Part shown: in pieces, positions 49,468 through 59,503 of the stretch
How the letters are laid out: the number at the start of each line of letters is the position of its first letter
Position numbering within the stretch: position 1 is the stretch's first letter
From: Bacilli bacterium
GTDB lineage: Bacteria > Bacillota_I > Bacilli_A > RFN20 > CAG-826
DNA length: 64,000 nt
Assembly: GCA_023268805.1 (NCBI GenBank)
Contig: JALRKT010000001.1
Location: forward strand, 20,561-84,560
Direction of reading: 5' to 3'
Notes under the pieces: generated by a model
Database searches by the model: none
Told to the model about the DNA's origin: nothing
Seen by the model: only the letters and a program-made list of their open reading frames with translations
Program-made: the position numbers and the translations under genes

Positions 49468-50921
49468 AAGGCGTTAATTCTCGCGATCGTCAAGGTCTTT
49501 CCTAAAACAGGAATGAGCGCTGCCATTTCCACTCCGTGAAGTTGCCCTGTTAAGGCGAGACGAATGGGCATAAACAAGGGTTTTCCTTTGATTCCCGTCG
49601 TAGTTTGAACAGCTTTAAACAACGCTTTGACCGATTCCGGTGTGAGTGTTTCTAAGCGCGATAGCTCCTCTAAAAAAGCCTCAACAGCCCGAGGCGTTTC
49701 TGGTAAGGCAAGAATCGCTTTTGCTTCCTCATCCCAATCTCGAGATGGCGCTAAAATGGGTTTCATCAAGTCGATGACATTTTCACCAAACGTAATTTGT
49801 TCTTGGAAAAGTCGGGCAACCGCAAGCACTTGATCGTGTGATAGGTCAGTCGGTGCGATGGCTAAGGCTTTTTGAACAAACGGTTCAATGAAGGAAACAT
49901 AGGTATGTTCAGGTAATGCTTTGATGTATTGATGGTTTAACCAATTCAGTTTTTGAACATCAAAAAAGGAGGGTGATTTTGAGAGTCGTTGAGGATCAAA
50001 CGCAGCAATGGCTTCTTCTTTGGTAAACATTTCTTGGGTCCCTTCTGGAGCCCAACCGAGTAATAAAATAAAATTAAAAATTGCTTCAGGTAAATACCCT
50101 AATTGACGGTATTGCGACATGAATTGGACAATGGAAAGATCGCGTTTGGATAACTTTTTCCCTTGTTCATTCACGATCAGTGTCATATGCCCAAATTGAG
50201 GTGGTGTCCATCCTAGATAATCGTAAATTTGTAATTGTTTTGGGGTATTGGATAAATGTTCTTCACCGCGAAAAACATGGGAGATATCCATCAGATGATC
50301 ATCAATGACGACTGCATAATTATAGGTGGGGATGCCGTTTGATTTGATGAGCACCCAATCCCCAATATCGTCGTTATTAAACGAAACGTCGCCACGAACG
50401 AGATCATGAAATGTAAACGTTTTGTGATCTTCTAATTTCAGGCGAATGACTGGTTTACGGCCTTCTTCTTCAAAGGCGCGGCGTTGGGCATCGGTTAAAT
50501 GCAAACAGCGACGGTCATATTGTGGTGCAACGATCCCCCGAGCCATTTGTTCTTCACGGGATTGTTCAAGTTCTGCTTCGCTACAATAGCACCGATACGC
50601 CTTACCTTCTTTGACGAGTTGTTGCGCATACGTTTGATACGTATCGAGGCGTTCCATTTGCCGATACGGGGCGTAGCGTGGATTCGGTTTTAAAGGCGAT
50701 TCATCGGGAACAATACCAAGCCAGGCTAAGTCATGAAGTTGGCTAACTTCCCCGCCTTCAACATTGCGTTCAATATCCGTATCTTCGACACGAATAATAA
50801 AATCGCCCCCTTGTTTTTTTGCAAATAAGTAATTAAAAAGCGCGGTTCGGGCACCTCCAATATGTAAAAAACCTGTTGGAGATGGCGCGTAACGAACACG
50901 AATGCGTTGTGGGTTCATCAT
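49464..50921 (-). CDS. gltX: Glutamyl-tRNA synthetase
   Basis: RVRYAPSPTGFLHIGGARTA and KLSKR motifs. ATGATG start immediately follows the ychF stop; the caller's start at 51080 would extend into ychF. Confidence 0.93.
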   Translation of the reverse strand: MMNPQRIRVRYAPSPTGFLHIGGARTALFNYLFAKKQGGDFIIRVEDTDIERNVEGGEVSQLHDLAWLGIVPDESPLKPNPRYAPYRQMERLDTYQTYAQQLVKEGKAYRCYCSEAELEQSREEQMARGIVAPQYDRRCLHLTDAQRRAFEEEGRKPVIRLKLEDHKTFTFHDLVRGDVSFNNDDIGDWVLIKSNGIPTYNYAVVIDDHLMDISHVFRGEEHLSNTPKQLQIYDYLGWTPPQFGHMTLIVNEQGKKLSKRDLSIVQFMSQYRQLGYLPEAIFNFILLLGWAPEGTQEMFTKEEAIAAFDPQRLSKSPSFFDVQKLNWLNHQYIKALPEHTYVSFIEPFVQKALAIAPTDLSHDQVLAVARLFQEQITFGENVIDLMKPILAPSRDWDEEAKAILALPETPRAVEAFLEELSRLETLTPESVKALFKAVQTTTGIKGKPLFMPIRLALTGQLHGVEMAALIPVLGKTLTIARINAL

Positions 50922-50922
50922 A

Positions 50923-52023
50923 TTAAACATTAAAGCGGAAAAAGATGATATCCCCATCTTTAACCACATAATCCTTTCCTTCCATACGGAGTTTTCCAGC
51001 TTCTCTGACAGCCTGTTCACTGCGTAATGTTTTGATATCGTCATAACGATAAATTTCGGCTTTGATAAAACCTTTTTCAAAGTCAGAGTGAATAATACCA
51101 GCGCATTGCGGTGCCGTCATGCCACTGGTAAAGGTCCATGCGCGGCATTCATCTTGTCCCACGGTAAAATAGGTCGAAAGATTTAATAAAGAATACGTGG
51201 CACGAACTAATTTATTGAGTCCCGGTTCACTCACTCCAAGGGAGGTTAAAAATTCTTGTTTTTCTTCCCCGTTAAGTTGTGCGATTTGACTTTCAATTTC
51301 ACAGGATATGGCAATCACACTTGCCTGATCACGTTTGGCCCGTTCCACTACCGTTTGATAATACGCGTTGTCATCGAGTGATGCATATCCATCTTCTTGA
51401 ATGTTCGCGACAAATAAAATTGGCTTCAATGTGAGTAAAGAGGTGGCCGAGAGAAGATTTTTTTCTTCTTGGGTTAATCCCATTTGACGCACCGGTTTTT
51501 CACTCACTAACCAGGCTTTAATTTTCTCAAGCAAGGCAAGTTCTTGAATGGCGACACGATCGCCTCCTTTGGCTTTACTTGATACTTTATCGATACGACG
51601 TTGCACGGTATCGAGGTCGGAAAGAATGAGTTCTAAATCAATAATATTAATATCGCGTAACGGATCGACCGTGTTTTCAACGTGAATAATATCGGGATTA
51701 TCAAAGCAGCGAACGACTTCAACAATCGCATCCGCTTCGCGGATTGCGGCTAAAAATTGATTCCCTAAACCTTCACCTTGACTCGCCCCGCGGACTAATC
51801 CGGCAATGTCAACAAAATCAACGGTCGCAAAAATGGTTTTTTTCGGTTGAAAAAGTGCACTCAAATCAAGAAGACGTTCATCTTCGACTTTGACAACACC
51901 CGTGTTGGGATGAATGGTTGCAAAAGGGTAATTGGCCGCTTCCACTTGCGCATTTGTAATCGCATTAAATAAGGTGGATTTACCCACATTTGGAAGTCCG
52001 ACAATGCCTGCTTTGAGTCCCAT
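50923..52023 (-). CDS. ychF: Ribosome-binding ATPase YchF
   Basis: GIVGLPNVGKSTLFNA and TGS C-terminal domain. Confidence 0.95.
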   Translation of the reverse strand: MGLKAGIVGLPNVGKSTLFNAITNAQVEAANYPFATIHPNTGVVKVEDERLLDLSALFQPKKTIFATVDFVDIAGLVRGASQGEGLGNQFLAAIREADAIVEVVRCFDNPDIIHVENTVDPLRDINIIDLELILSDLDTVQRRIDKVSSKAKGGDRVAIQELALLEKIKAWLVSEKPVRQMGLTQEEKNLLSATSLLTLKPILFVANIQEDGYASLDDNAYYQTVVERAKRDQASVIAISCEIESQIAQLNGEEKQEFLTSLGVSEPGLNKLVRATYSLLNLSTYFTVGQDECRAWTFTSGMTAPQCAGIIHSDFEKGFIKAEIYRYDDIKTLRSEQAVREAGKLRMEGKDYVVKDGDIIFFRFNV

Positions 52024-52070
52024 GTTTTTTTACCTTTACCATTATAAATGAAAAGCTTGAAATAATGTAG

Positions 52071-52100
52071 AAAAAAAGTCGCCTTTTGAGCGACTTTTTA
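52071..52100. terminator. Rho-independent terminator after csp
   Basis: AAAAAAGTCGC CTTTTGA GCGACTTTTT. Confidence 0.6.
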
Positions 52101-52126
52101 TTGAGCTTAAATCGTTAATAAACTAA

Positions 52127-52324
52127 TTAAAGTTTTTTAATGTTCTTCGCACGGGGACCACGATCGGAATCTTCAACTTCAAATTCTACTTCTTCATCTG
52201 CTTCGGCGGTCTTGTAACCATCCATAAGGATTGAAGAGTGGTGGAAGAATACATCTTTACCATCTTCAGCGCGAATGAAGCCATAGCCTTTTTCTTTGTT
52301 GAACATCTTGACTTTGCCTTTCAT
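52127..52324 (-). CDS. cspA: Cold-shock protein (CspA family)
   Basis: 65 aa. GKVKMFNKEKGYGFI and RNP motifs. Long 5' UTR (52325-52421). Confidence 0.93.
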   Translation of the reverse strand: MKGKVKMFNKEKGYGFIRAEDGKDVFFHHSSILMDGYKTAEADEEVEFEVEDSDRGPRAKNIKKL

Positions 52325-52421
52325 CGAAACCTAAACCTTTCACCTAAGTATTAGTAATACACACAAAAATGCGGATTACGTAAATGATAATAACACACTT
52401 TTTTTAAAAACATAGGGATAT

Positions 52422-54992
52422 TTACCAAAGTTTTTGGATTTGTGGAGAAACCTCATAAAGCACGAGCTTTCTACCTAAACCAAAAAACCCTACGAATCCA
52501 ATGCCTAAAATCAGAAAGATCATCCAAGGAAATGCGTAGGAATCCCGCATTCCAAGTTGGGATGCCCATAACGATTGAAGCAAACCATCAAGGGGAATAA
52601 AACTAAAACTAACACTAAAAAATAATATGGAACAAAGATGCATTAATTTCACATCCATGAATAAATGAAGGTCATTCTGAGAAAAACCATCATGCGCTAA
52701 CGTCATCAAAGCGTCAATTTCTGCTTCCAGTTGGTGCAAAAATTGTTGTAAAAAAAGGAATAAACTTGGAATGAGAAAGAGTAACGTTAATCCGAATAAC
52801 AGCGCATCAAAGTAGAAACGAAGTTGTTGAATCGAAGCACTTAACTGTTGCAAGGGTTCTGTTAGGATCCAATCTTGAAGGTCAACGGGTTGATCACCAA
52901 AATAGGCATATTTTTGCGGTTGTAAGGAGGACGATCCAATCGGAGTATACAAAAGTAGATAATATTCCCATTGGAGTGGGGAGAGATAAAGCACGAAATT
53001 TTCCTGCTCGATGAGGTAATCAATAGGAATGTTTGTGTGGATACGTAACGTATCTAAAAAGAGTGTCACATGAAGCTCCTTTGAGGGTTGCACATTTAAA
53101 AACGCGGCGAGACTACGTGATATGCCCACCTGATTCCACGCGAGGGTGGCATCATACGTGTTTAACGTGACACTCGCTTGAGCTCCTAAATAAAGATGAC
53201 TTCGCGCCGTTTCAGGAGGTGGTTCTGTTGCCAACCATTCTAGAAGCGTAAAGGATTGGAATGCGTCAAGCCACTCTGCTTCAATTAATGACACCTTCGT
53301 CCAAAATATAGGAATCATAAAACCTTGCATCCATTGTTCAGGAAGGAACTGATAACCCAATCGCGAGTGAACCATCCCCTTTTCTATTAAGCCCTCATGG
53401 GGCGGTTTTTGCAAAGAAATCGGCCGAGAATGTTTCCAAAGTCGATCACTCCAATCATCTTTTTTTTGAAGATCCCAACCATGGTAAAAAGGGTCATGAA
53501 GAAAGGCTTGGATAAAAGAGGAACGATCTTCTTGAAGAATCCGATACGTATAAGGAATATGGGTTTCCATCGGAACAGCATCCATGGGTGATGTCGGAAA
53601 TCGTAACATCGTTTCAAGTAAATGGGTTGGATAATCCAAACGGGAATGAAAAACGGCAAAATGATCATAGGCAAAAATTCCAACAATCTCTAAGGCGAGT
53701 TCATTATCATAATTCCACCGCGGTTGCTGTAATGAAAAATAAACGAGGGGACGATGCGTTTGCACGTAACGATCCACCGTTTCAAACGTGGGAAATAAAC
53801 CCCATTGTGTTGAGAAAAAAGTAAGTAAAACAGGCGGAATACCAAGTAAAATTTCCGTTTCAAGAAGGCTCATTTGTTGATGAGGAAAAGGGGCGGCATA
53901 CCTAGCATAGTTCACCTCCAGTAAAGATGTCATTGAAAAACCAGGAATAAAGGTTTGAAAACCTCCATTTTCTAAAAACCCTATTGTCCGAGGGAAAAAC
54001 GTATCAAAATACGTAGCATCGAAATCTTTTTGAATGGAGGCATGCGGATGATAGGCAGAAAAAATCGCAATCTCTTCTTCCGAGGGTACTGAAGAATGAT
54101 TGTCCAACGCATAAAGCGGTTCTATCCATTGATAATCTCCTCCTATCATGGTTTTAGCCCATGTTTGAACATACGTATGAATATACATCGAGGTACTTCC
54201 AATCAGGACCATAAGTAAAAGAATGAAGATTGGAAGTAATGTAGTAATTCCCTGCTTGTTTCGCCGCCAAACCCGCTGATGATACCGCCATAAAAACGAC
54301 CAAGAAAATGCGTGTTTCAAACTTTTTTCATGCATCATTCGTACTTTCTTACTTGATGAATTATGCTGCGTATTGGGTTTTGGAAAGAGGAGTCTTTCAT
54401 ACACAATGGTTGAAAAATATTCCGCATGATGGGTCGCAACAATCACAAGGTGTTGTAAACTCAATGTCTTGATTAGCTGAGCCAGGCGTTGTTTTTGATC
54501 ATCATCAAGACCATCCAAAGGTTCATCGAGCAAGATAATCTTTGGGTTTCCTAATGTGGCTAATAAAACCGCGAGACGTTGTTGTTGGCCACGCGATAAT
54601 GTCGCGATGGTTTGATGTTTTTTTACATCGGGTATTTCTTGTTGGAACCAAGCATGAGGAAATGTCACCACACGATGTAATCGCATCACTTGTTGAATTA
54701 ATTCTTCCACCGTTGCTGCCTTAAGTAATTTGGGTTGCTGATGAACAGTATGAACGAGGTGTTGGCGTAATGATAATCGCTGCGATAACGATAATTTTTG
54801 GAGCAAAACACCATCCACGCTAATGTTCCCTGTCTGGGGTTTTAACCCTTGAATAAGTCGCAAAAAGGTCGTTTTTCCTGATCCACTTTCCCCTAAGAGC
54901 AAGACAAGCCCTTGGGAAGGCGATGTCCAGGAAAAATGGTTAAGGATTCCACGTTGACCATAACCATGGGTGACTTGATCAAAGACGATCAA
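52422..54992 (-). CDS. MacB/FtsX-type fused ABC transporter (N-terminal ATPase, TM1, ~430-aa extracytoplasmic domain, 3 C-terminal TM)
   Basis: Walker A GESGSGKTT, signature LSRGQQQR, Walker B ILLDEP, H-loop ATHH. Ectodomain His/Trp/Tyr/Pro-rich. TTG at 54992 is 10 nt after GGAGG; the caller's ATG is at 55016. Confidence 0.7.
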   Translation of the reverse strand: MIVFDQVTHGYGQRGILNHFSWTSPSQGLVLLLGESGSGKTTFLRLIQGLKPQTGNISVDGVLLQKLSLSQRLSLRQHLVHTVHQQPKLLKAATVEELIQQVMRLHRVVTFPHAWFQQEIPDVKKHQTIATLSRGQQQRLAVLLATLGNPKIILLDEPLDGLDDDQKQRLAQLIKTLSLQHLVIVATHHAEYFSTIVYERLLFPKPNTQHNSSSKKVRMMHEKSLKHAFSWSFLWRYHQRVWRRNKQGITTLLPIFILLLMVLIGSTSMYIHTYVQTWAKTMIGGDYQWIEPLYALDNHSSVPSEEEIAIFSAYHPHASIQKDFDATYFDTFFPRTIGFLENGGFQTFIPGFSMTSLLEVNYARYAAPFPHQQMSLLETEILLGIPPVLLTFFSTQWGLFPTFETVDRYVQTHRPLVYFSLQQPRWNYDNELALEIVGIFAYDHFAVFHSRLDYPTHLLETMLRFPTSPMDAVPMETHIPYTYRILQEDRSSFIQAFLHDPFYHGWDLQKKDDWSDRLWKHSRPISLQKPPHEGLIEKGMVHSRLGYQFLPEQWMQGFMIPIFWTKVSLIEAEWLDAFQSFTLLEWLATEPPPETARSHLYLGAQASVTLNTYDATLAWNQVGISRSLAAFLNVQPSKELHVTLFLDTLRIHTNIPIDYLIEQENFVLYLSPLQWEYYLLLYTPIGSSSLQPQKYAYFGDQPVDLQDWILTEPLQQLSASIQQLRFYFDALLFGLTLLFLIPSLFLFLQQFLHQLEAEIDALMTLAHDGFSQNDLHLFMDVKLMHLCSILFFSVSFSFIPLDGLLQSLWASQLGMRDSYAFPWMIFLILGIGFVGFFGLGRKLVLYEVSPQIQKLW

Positions 54993-56724
54993 AAATCGAT
55001 GGCCTCCAATACCCATGACTTATGAACCATGAACCGAGAACCATGGCCCCATATAATAGCCAACCTTCAAGCAGCCATAATGGTAAGTTTTCAACAAATA
55101 TGGTTTGAAAGAGAATAAAAAATAACCCCATGGTACTCAAGGATAAACCCCATGTGATCGGATGAAGTTGCCAAATGAAGGATTGAATGATTGACACGGA
55201 AGGAATCCCAAGGGCTCGCCAGTGAAGGATGGGTTTTCGTAATTGGGTGAGTATGCGTTTATGTGTGAAATGCATCCAAGAAAACCACACCATACCAAGC
55301 AAGATTAACAGCACATCGCGCCATAATAAAAGTATTGATTCCATGTCATGTTGTTGGGATAGTTGTTCTAAAAAAGGAACACGAATACGAAGGTGATGGT
55401 CTTTTAAGATGTGATTAAGATGATCAAACGCTGCGTAAGGAACATTGAGGGTTAATGGCCACGGGGCATCAAGGTTATCAATCGTAGAAAGTAACGAACG
55501 TTTGGGCGATAACCATAGGTGATGTTGAATCCACTGATGGAACCATTCATACGGTAAAAAAGCCGTAGGAGATTGCCATGGGGAACGAATCGGATAGACA
55601 TGACGCATGACAATCTCGGTTTGAATTGTCCAAGTGTAAGCAGTTGTATCGTCATACCATGTCACTTCAAACGTCCATAAAAACGGGGATGGGAACGGCG
55701 GTCCATACACATCTGCAATCACATACGATTCGTTGTGACCATGGTGAACCCATGCGATTTGATATTCTGTCTGGTCATTTATTAAACGGGTAGGGAGTAA
55801 ACCTCTAAGGTCATAATGAATAAAATGCGTGGGTTTTCCTAAAAAAAGCGATCGAATCATTTCAAGATTGGGAACACGTGTTTGCACGAGTGTATACGGG
55901 GAATTTTTAAGGGGAACCGTGACAACTTCTTCAATGGAACCCATCCACGTTTGATTTTGAAGTATCGGTATCGTAGCCTGGTGGAGCATCACACCATGTT
56001 GAAAAAGCCAATTACCGATAAAGCCAAGATGAATTATGCTTATTGCCAGCCAATGCCATGCTTTTTTCTTTATTTTGATCGGAGGTGCTTTCACTTTTTT
56101 TACACGTTTAGAAAGAGGATGTCTTTTGGTTTTGGTTGAATGCGATAATGCATGCCATGTCACCATGCCTTCTTCTTGTAACTCAAGATGCATTGATGCA
56201 GCATCGCGCCAAAGTGATAAATGGCTTGCAATTACTATGGGTTTTATCTGACTGACTTCTAAAATCCATGCTTTAACAGCCATTCGAGATGTCTCATCAA
56301 GGCCAGAGCATGGTTCATCGAGTAAATAACCATCCGTCTCTTGTGATAGTAATAACGTCAGAAAAAAACGCGTTTGTTCACCCCCAGATAGATGCATGAC
56401 ATGTTGATGCAACGGGATATGGTTTAAAAATAAACGATTCAAAACCGAGGGAGGTAAATTAAAAAACGCTAAATAATTTCCGATGGTTGCATGAGGTGTC
56501 CAATCGATCGGATGGTGCAAATGTAACCAACGTTTACCCTTAACGACAATGGTTCCATCCTGAGGGAGATAGCGTTGACGAATGAGCGAAAATAATGTCG
56601 ATTTTCCCCGACCAGATGGCCCAGAAACCCAGGTAATGCCTTGTCCGGGTATGATGCCATGAAGATCATGAAAAAGATATCGATGATGCGAAAAATAAAA
56701 TGAGACGTGATGAAAACGAATCAC
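54979..56724 (-). CDS. MacB/FtsX-type fused ABC transporter (ATPase, TM1, ~230-aa ectodomain, 3 TM)
   Basis: Walker A GPSGRGKST, signature LSGGEQTR, Walker B LLDEP. GTG start. Overlaps the downstream partner. Confidence 0.65.
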   Translation of the reverse strand: MIRFHHVSFYFSHHRYLFHDLHGIIPGQGITWVSGPSGRGKSTLFSLIRQRYLPQDGTIVVKGKRWLHLHHPIDWTPHATIGNYLAFFNLPPSVLNRLFLNHIPLHQHVMHLSGGEQTRFFLTLLLSQETDGYLLDEPCSGLDETSRMAVKAWILEVSQIKPIVIASHLSLWRDAASMHLELQEEGMVTWHALSHSTKTKRHPLSKRVKKVKAPPIKIKKKAWHWLAISIIHLGFIGNWLFQHGVMLHQATIPILQNQTWMGSIEEVVTVPLKNSPYTLVQTRVPNLEMIRSLFLGKPTHFIHYDLRGLLPTRLINDQTEYQIAWVHHGHNESYVIADVYGPPFPSPFLWTFEVTWYDDTTAYTWTIQTEIVMRHVYPIRSPWQSPTAFLPYEWFHQWIQHHLWLSPKRSLLSTIDNLDAPWPLTLNVPYAAFDHLNHILKDHHLRIRVPFLEQLSQQHDMESILLLWRDVLLILLGMVWFSWMHFTHKRILTQLRKPILHWRALGIPSVSIIQSFIWQLHPITWGLSLSTMGLFFILFQTIFVENLPLWLLEGWLLYGAMVLGSWFISHGYWRPSIFDRL

Positions 56725-56751
56725 ATCACGTAGTAGGTCAGGAAAGAAACA

Positions 56752-56946
56752 TTATTTCAATCGTCGTTTAATGAGAGGATGTAAATGATCCCGTGACATC
56801 ATTAAGATGGTTTGACAACCAAGACATTTCAATTTGACATCCGCGCCTAAGCGAACAACTTCAAATAACGATGAACGTGTTAAACACGGATGTGGTTTTT
56901 TTAATTCCAAGGTTTCCCCTAATTCAAATTTGAATCGATCATCCAT
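56752..56946 (-). CDS. DUF951-family small protein (YyzM-like)
   Basis: MDDRFKFELGETLELKKPHPC...CLGCQ. GGAGG SD 10 nt upstream of the ATG at 56946; the caller's start at 56973 includes it. Confidence 0.6.
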   Translation of the reverse strand: MDDRFKFELGETLELKKPHPCLTRSSLFEVVRLGADVKLKCLGCQTILMMSRDHLHPLIKRRLK

Positions 56947-57817
56947 GCAAACACGCCTCCTTTGCTTCCGCAATGGTTGAAAACCATGTTACCGGTAATT
57001 GATGATGAAAATACGTCCATTGGCGTTTAGCATAACGCCGGGTGGCTTGTTGAATCTTGGCAATCCATTCTTCTTTTTTAATTACCCCTTGAAGATAGGC
57101 AATCGTTTCTTTATAACCAATCGCATCAAATGCAAATGCGTCGGGTGGTGTGGTTTTTAAAAGCTGAGATACTTCATCCACTAAACCGGCCTCCACCATC
57201 GTTAACACACGCGCATTGATTGCTTTATAAACCGTTTCCCGATTTGGATTTAAACCGATGAATCGTACAGGATAAAGTAACCGTTTTTGTTGGGTGGCAA
57301 TCGTTTCTGATTTGGTCTTTCCTGTTGCTAAATAAATTTCAATGGTTCGAAGCACACGCCGACGATTATGCGGATGAATCGTTTCAGCGGAAACCGCATC
57401 AATCGCTTGAAGTGCCGCATAAAGTTGAGCATCATCCATGGCAAGATATTGGGATAAATCGACTGCTTTTTCATGAGTCTCAAAGGCAAAATCATAAAGA
57501 CTTGCTTTTAAATAAAGTCCGGTCCCGCCGACGACGATCACCGGATTTTTTTCGGGTTGCAACTGTGTCATTAAGGTACGAAATGCCCGCTGATATTGCG
57601 CTACCGTGTAGCCATCTTTTGGTTCCACAAGATCAAATAAATAATGCGGAATGCCCTGAAATAAACTTAGGTCTTTATTCGTTCCAATATTCATACCACG
57701 ATAGACTTGAAACGCATCCGCATTAACGATGGGAGCGTGTAACGCGTTGGCAAGTTCAATAGCCAAACTCGTTTTACCACTTGCGGTAGGACCCACACAT
57801 GCATAAATCATTTTCAA
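56939..57817 (-). CDS. miaA: tRNA dimethylallyltransferase
   Basis: P-loop GPTASGKT, 292 aa. Confidence 0.92.
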   Translation of the reverse strand: MKMIYACVGPTASGKTSLAIELANALHAPIVNADAFQVYRGMNIGTNKDLSLFQGIPHYLFDLVEPKDGYTVAQYQRAFRTLMTQLQPEKNPVIVVGGTGLYLKASLYDFAFETHEKAVDLSQYLAMDDAQLYAALQAIDAVSAETIHPHNRRRVLRTIEIYLATGKTKSETIATQQKRLLYPVRFIGLNPNRETVYKAINARVLTMVEAGLVDEVSQLLKTTPPDAFAFDAIGYKETIAYLQGVIKKEEWIAKIQQATRRYAKRQWTYFHHQLPVTWFSTIAEAKEACLHG

Positions 57818-59502
57818 AAACCCGTACGATTAAATAACCGTTCCAGTTGGGCGACCGAATAATGAATCATCGTAGGACGTCCGTGCGGACACGCATACGG
57901 AAATTGGCATTGAAGCAAGCGTTTTACTAAAACATTGAGACTGTCATGATCAAGATGATCATGGGCTTTAATCGACATTTTGCAGGCTTTCGATGCGATC
58001 GCGTATAGACGTAATTTATCTTCGTTTAATGCGGTTTCATGAAAGAGTTGTTGTAATAAATCATCAATGTAGACTGCACCCATCGATGCGGCCCATGTCG
58101 GTAAAGTATTCACCTTTAAACTAAAATCACCAAACCATTCGAGTTCAACCCCTACGTGTTTAAGTTGGTTAAGCAGGGACTCTGTTAATTTTGATTTATC
58201 ACTGGGTGAAATATCGACCACAAGCGGAATTAACGGTTCCATCGCATACGTATGTTCTTGGATACGCGCTAATTGTTCTTCATAATGAATGCGTTCATGA
58301 GCAGCATGCTGATCAATCACGTAATATCCTTCATGGTCGTCTTTGCATAAAACATAGGTGGCATCTAAAACGCCCATGACCGTTAAAGCAGGTTCGGTGG
58401 ATTCTGATTCTGCAAATGTCAATAAAATCGGTTGAATATCCTCTTCAGAGGAAGATAGTGGTGTCGGTGAGGAAGGTAGACTCGCCATCACCGTTTCTTG
58501 CAAAGGTGTGGCAACCACGTCATGACGTTTTAATGTTTTGTCGACAAGATTTAAAAGAACCTTACGAAGATGATCTTCTTTTGAAAAACGAATATCGCGC
58601 TTAGCAGGGTGGACATTCACATCCAATAAATTCGGTTCAATCGTAAGTTGTAAAACAACCATCGGAAAGCGAACGGGTGGTAAAAAGGGTCGATACGCTT
58701 CAATGAGCGCTTGTTGAATTTTGGGCATAAAGACACTACGACCATTGACGGAAACATACATCCCATAACGGTGCGATTTGGCAATATCGGGTTTTCCAAA
58801 AAATCCGATTAATTTCACATCCGGATCTTCATACGAAATCGGGAGCATATGCGTTGCCGTCGTCGAGCCTAAACATGCGGTGATCGTGTTAATTAGTGAC
58901 CCTCTTCCATCGGTGACAAAAACCCGTTTTCCATCCCCATGAAGCACAAAGGCAATGGAAGGATGCGCAAAGGCAGCCCGCATGACCACATCGACAATCG
59001 CGCTTGCTTCAATTGCATCATTTTTCAAATATTTCAATCGGGCGGGTGTGTTATAAAACAAATCTTGGACCGTGACGGTGGTACCGATGGACCGTGCCGC
59101 AGCAGAAATCATGGGTTTTTCGTTCACCAACGTTAATTGATGACCTCCCTTTTCCCCCGTGGAGGTCGTAATGGATAATTGAGAAACCGAGGCAATCGAA
59201 GGCAAAGCTTCGCCACGAAACCCTAAGGTTTGAATGCGAAATAAACTTTCTTCTGTGAGGAGCTTGCTTGTCGCATGGCGGGCAATCGATAAGCGTAAAT
59301 CATCTTGATCCATGCCCGTACCATTATCTGTCACTTCAATCAGCGTACGACCGGCATCTTGAATGGTGATTTCAATCCGTGTTGCTTTTGCATCAATGGC
59401 GTTTTCAAGAAGTTCTTTAACGACACTACTGGGCCGTTCAATCACTTCGCCAGCGGCAATCATATTGGCAAGTTGAGATGATAACTTTTGAATCTTGCCC
59501 AT
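57814..59502 (-). CDS. mutL: DNA mismatch repair protein MutL
   Basis: GHKL ATPase N-terminus (MIAAGEVIERPSSVVKELLENAIDA), 562 aa. Confidence 0.95.
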   Translation of the reverse strand: MGKIQKLSSQLANMIAAGEVIERPSSVVKELLENAIDAKATRIEITIQDAGRTLIEVTDNGTGMDQDDLRLSIARHATSKLLTEESLFRIQTLGFRGEALPSIASVSQLSITTSTGEKGGHQLTLVNEKPMISAAARSIGTTVTVQDLFYNTPARLKYLKNDAIEASAIVDVVMRAAFAHPSIAFVLHGDGKRVFVTDGRGSLINTITACLGSTTATHMLPISYEDPDVKLIGFFGKPDIAKSHRYGMYVSVNGRSVFMPKIQQALIEAYRPFLPPVRFPMVVLQLTIEPNLLDVNVHPAKRDIRFSKEDHLRKVLLNLVDKTLKRHDVVATPLQETVMASLPSSPTPLSSSEEDIQPILLTFAESESTEPALTVMGVLDATYVLCKDDHEGYYVIDQHAAHERIHYEEQLARIQEHTYAMEPLIPLVVDISPSDKSKLTESLLNQLKHVGVELEWFGDFSLKVNTLPTWAASMGAVYIDDLLQQLFHETALNEDKLRLYAIASKACKMSIKAHDHLDHDSLNVLVKRLLQCQFPYACPHGRPTMIHYSVAQLERLFNRTGF

Positions 59503-59503
59503 C

